Part shown: positions 62,201 through 64,000 of the stretch, in pieces
How the letters are laid out: each line of letters opens with the position of its first letter
Numbering within the stretch: position 1 is the stretch's first letter
Assembly: GCA_016748015.1 (NCBI GenBank)
Contig: JAAOMT010000703.1
Span: 990,255-1,054,254 of the forward strand
From: Geosiphon pyriformis uo1
Taxonomy: Eukaryota; Fungi; Glomeromycota
DNA length: 64,000 nt
Direction: 5' to 3'
The notes under the pieces: generated by a model
The model's database searches: none
The model's input: only the letters and a program-made list of their open reading frames with translations
What the model was told of the DNA's origin: nothing
Position numbers and translations under genes: made by a program

Positions 62201-64000
62201 TGGAAGACTGAGATGTTGTACCTTTTAGAACCAAAAAATTGTTTCCATGAAGAATGTCAAAAGTGTTGCATGCCAAAGAAATCTTATCAAAGAAAATTTT
62301 GGAGAGAATTTTATGAGCTGTCTCAATTAAAGCAATAGGTTAAGTATTCATAAGAACATCTTCCCAATCATATGGTTTGGAAATCATCAAGATCCAAGCT
62401 TCCTTCCAAGAATCAGACACAGATTCACCAGACAAACAAGAGTTCAAAAGCACCAAAAGCATATTCAGAACTGCTCTATTACAATGTTTTCAAAGCTCAT
62501 TTGATATACCTGAAAGACCAGCAGCTTTGCCATTAAGCAGAGAAGAAATCATCCCAAACAATTCATTAAACTTAATTGAACACATAAGATCAGAAAAGGC
62601 TTCATCAAAAACATATTTCAAAGATTGATATTGATAACACCGATCATCAGAAACATCATCAACCATGCAATACTTTCTAGTCCAACCCTCCATGATACCG
62701 TCCACCTTAAATTTAACCAAATCGGGTTTCAGAATAAGTTCATTATCAACAACCAGATGATCGAGAACCATTTTGTGAAATGGGCACTCCAGCACACTCC
62801 TAATTGTATGACTCTTATTCACTTCAAAGCTCTTCATTCTCTTATCTATAGCAGCTTTGATGGTTGCCTCCTTAGCCCTCAAAGATTCAGTAAGTTTGAA
62901 TATGCAATAAGTCTTTCTAGCACCACAAAGAGCAGAACAAATGTGACCAGAGCCTGCACCAGAATTCACAATATTTTGAATGACTGAAGCCTTAACATTG
63001 TCCAAAAAAACCCAGCATTTCATAAGAGAATCAAAATTCACAACATTCTCCTCATGCAAAGCCTTAACAATTTTAGAAACCAAAAATTCCAATTTGTAAT
63101 ACCTTGAAGATTCCCTAGTAAAGACATCATCAAAGCCCTTAAACCACCTCTTCTTGAACACCTTATTAGCCAAGAGAACTATTATCTTGCAAACAACATC
63201 CTACATCACATTCAGATCCAAAAACTTCACAGCTGTGGCAAATTCATCTGAGAACATTAATGCATTGGCCAATATAGCATTACCAAAATCTTTCCATTTA
63301 GTTTCATCAGCACCCTTGAAATTAAACTTCCAACAATCTCTATTTGCTTGCTTACAAAGAGAGTTTAGCCATGTATCTAAAAGTCCATCCAAACCCACAG
63401 ACATAGATATAGCCTGATGATCAGTATCAAAAAATTCCCCAATGTCAAACACATTTTGACCTGTCATAGTATTGACCAAGTTTGAAGAGATAAACAAAAA
63501 ATTGATTGTTTTAGCCACACCACAAGAGTTAGCCCATGTTGGCATTTTTTCATAAGAACATCTACTTAAGAAATTAACCAAACCAAGATCCAGACACTTT
63601 TTGAAACTGGCACACTTATGAGAGCCATCTTTATTAAAGTCACCACCTAGAATTACAAAAGAGAACTTATTTACAGCTTTAGCAATTATAAAATTAATAT
63701 CACCAGCTTGAGAGAACTGAGCCACCAAAGAAGCACCAGCATAGAGCCCCAGAATTGAAACAAAAAGTTTATTTTTGAAGAGTAACTTAAGAGAGATGAG
63801 CCAACCAAGAACCTTGGAAACTTTACACATATGTTTTGCCAAAGAAACATTTATGATAATCACAACACCAGAATCCAAATAGCCAGAGTCCAAACCAAAA
63901 GTGAAAATCCAAATATCATCAAACTTATTTATGATCCATGGGCAAATTTTACTCTTTAACTTAGTCTCAATAACAACAGTAATCAAATTGTTTTGTTCCT
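59267..64000 (-). mobile_element. LINE copy C (same family as B), ORF2 + 3' UTR + poly-A, continuing beyond the window end
   Basis: ORF fragments 63201-63986, 62490-63173, 61884-62144, 60546-61877, 59841-60245 and 59400-59801 are homologous to LINE B ORF2. Poly-T at 59267-59276. Confidence 0.95.
59400..64000 (-). pseudogene. LINE ORF2 (APE-RT-RNase H-CCHC) with premature stops
   Basis: ETKL, GGDFN, TDH, TFVNNT, VYTDG, KVKSHS and CLYCGQVEVSDHVFSC motifs. Confidence 0.92.

Noticed and set aside
1978-63417. Numerous short antisense or overlapping ORFs in the track (e.g. 2443-2649, 21657-21896, 25218-25460, 50627-50941, 62625-62987)
   Set aside because: Shadows of real coding frames on the opposite strand or in other frames, with no independent motifs.

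Overview
Eukaryotic, intron-rich fungal DNA, most likely Glomeromycotina/Mucoromycota. That placement is inferred from the minor AT-AC introns, the animal-like USP34 and the Geosiphon/Rhizophagus-style retroelements. A ~25-kb island of three intact multi-exon genes (PRP39 on -, REV3 on +, USP34 on -; ~9.5-34 kb) sits between AT-rich transposon graveyards. Left flank: a truncated Ty3/Gypsy element (LTR-PBS-gag-protease-Cys-rich domain-dUTPase), an unrecognisably decayed AT-rich relic and two short LINE 3' fragments. Right flank: a three-level nest. An old RNase H-LINE (35381-58833) is interrupted by a solo LTR and by a full Gypsy element (39617-55716, TSD ATAT), whose 3' LTR is itself interrupted by a younger full-length LINE (~48302-55083). 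A third LINE lies on the minus strand at the window end. Main points: (1) repeat-restricted, both-strand C>T/G>A hypermutation in CpG and non-CpG contexts with almost no indels, i.e. RIP-like, outside Dikarya; (2) two U12-type AT-AC introns in REV3; (3) a Gypsy pol carrying a multi-CxxC domain plus dUTPase and a probable extra ORF3; (4) a conserved multi-hairpin, possibly pseudoknotted LINE 3' UTR; (5) an oversized PRP39 intron that may hold a regulatory exon. All alignments were done by eye and no searches were run.
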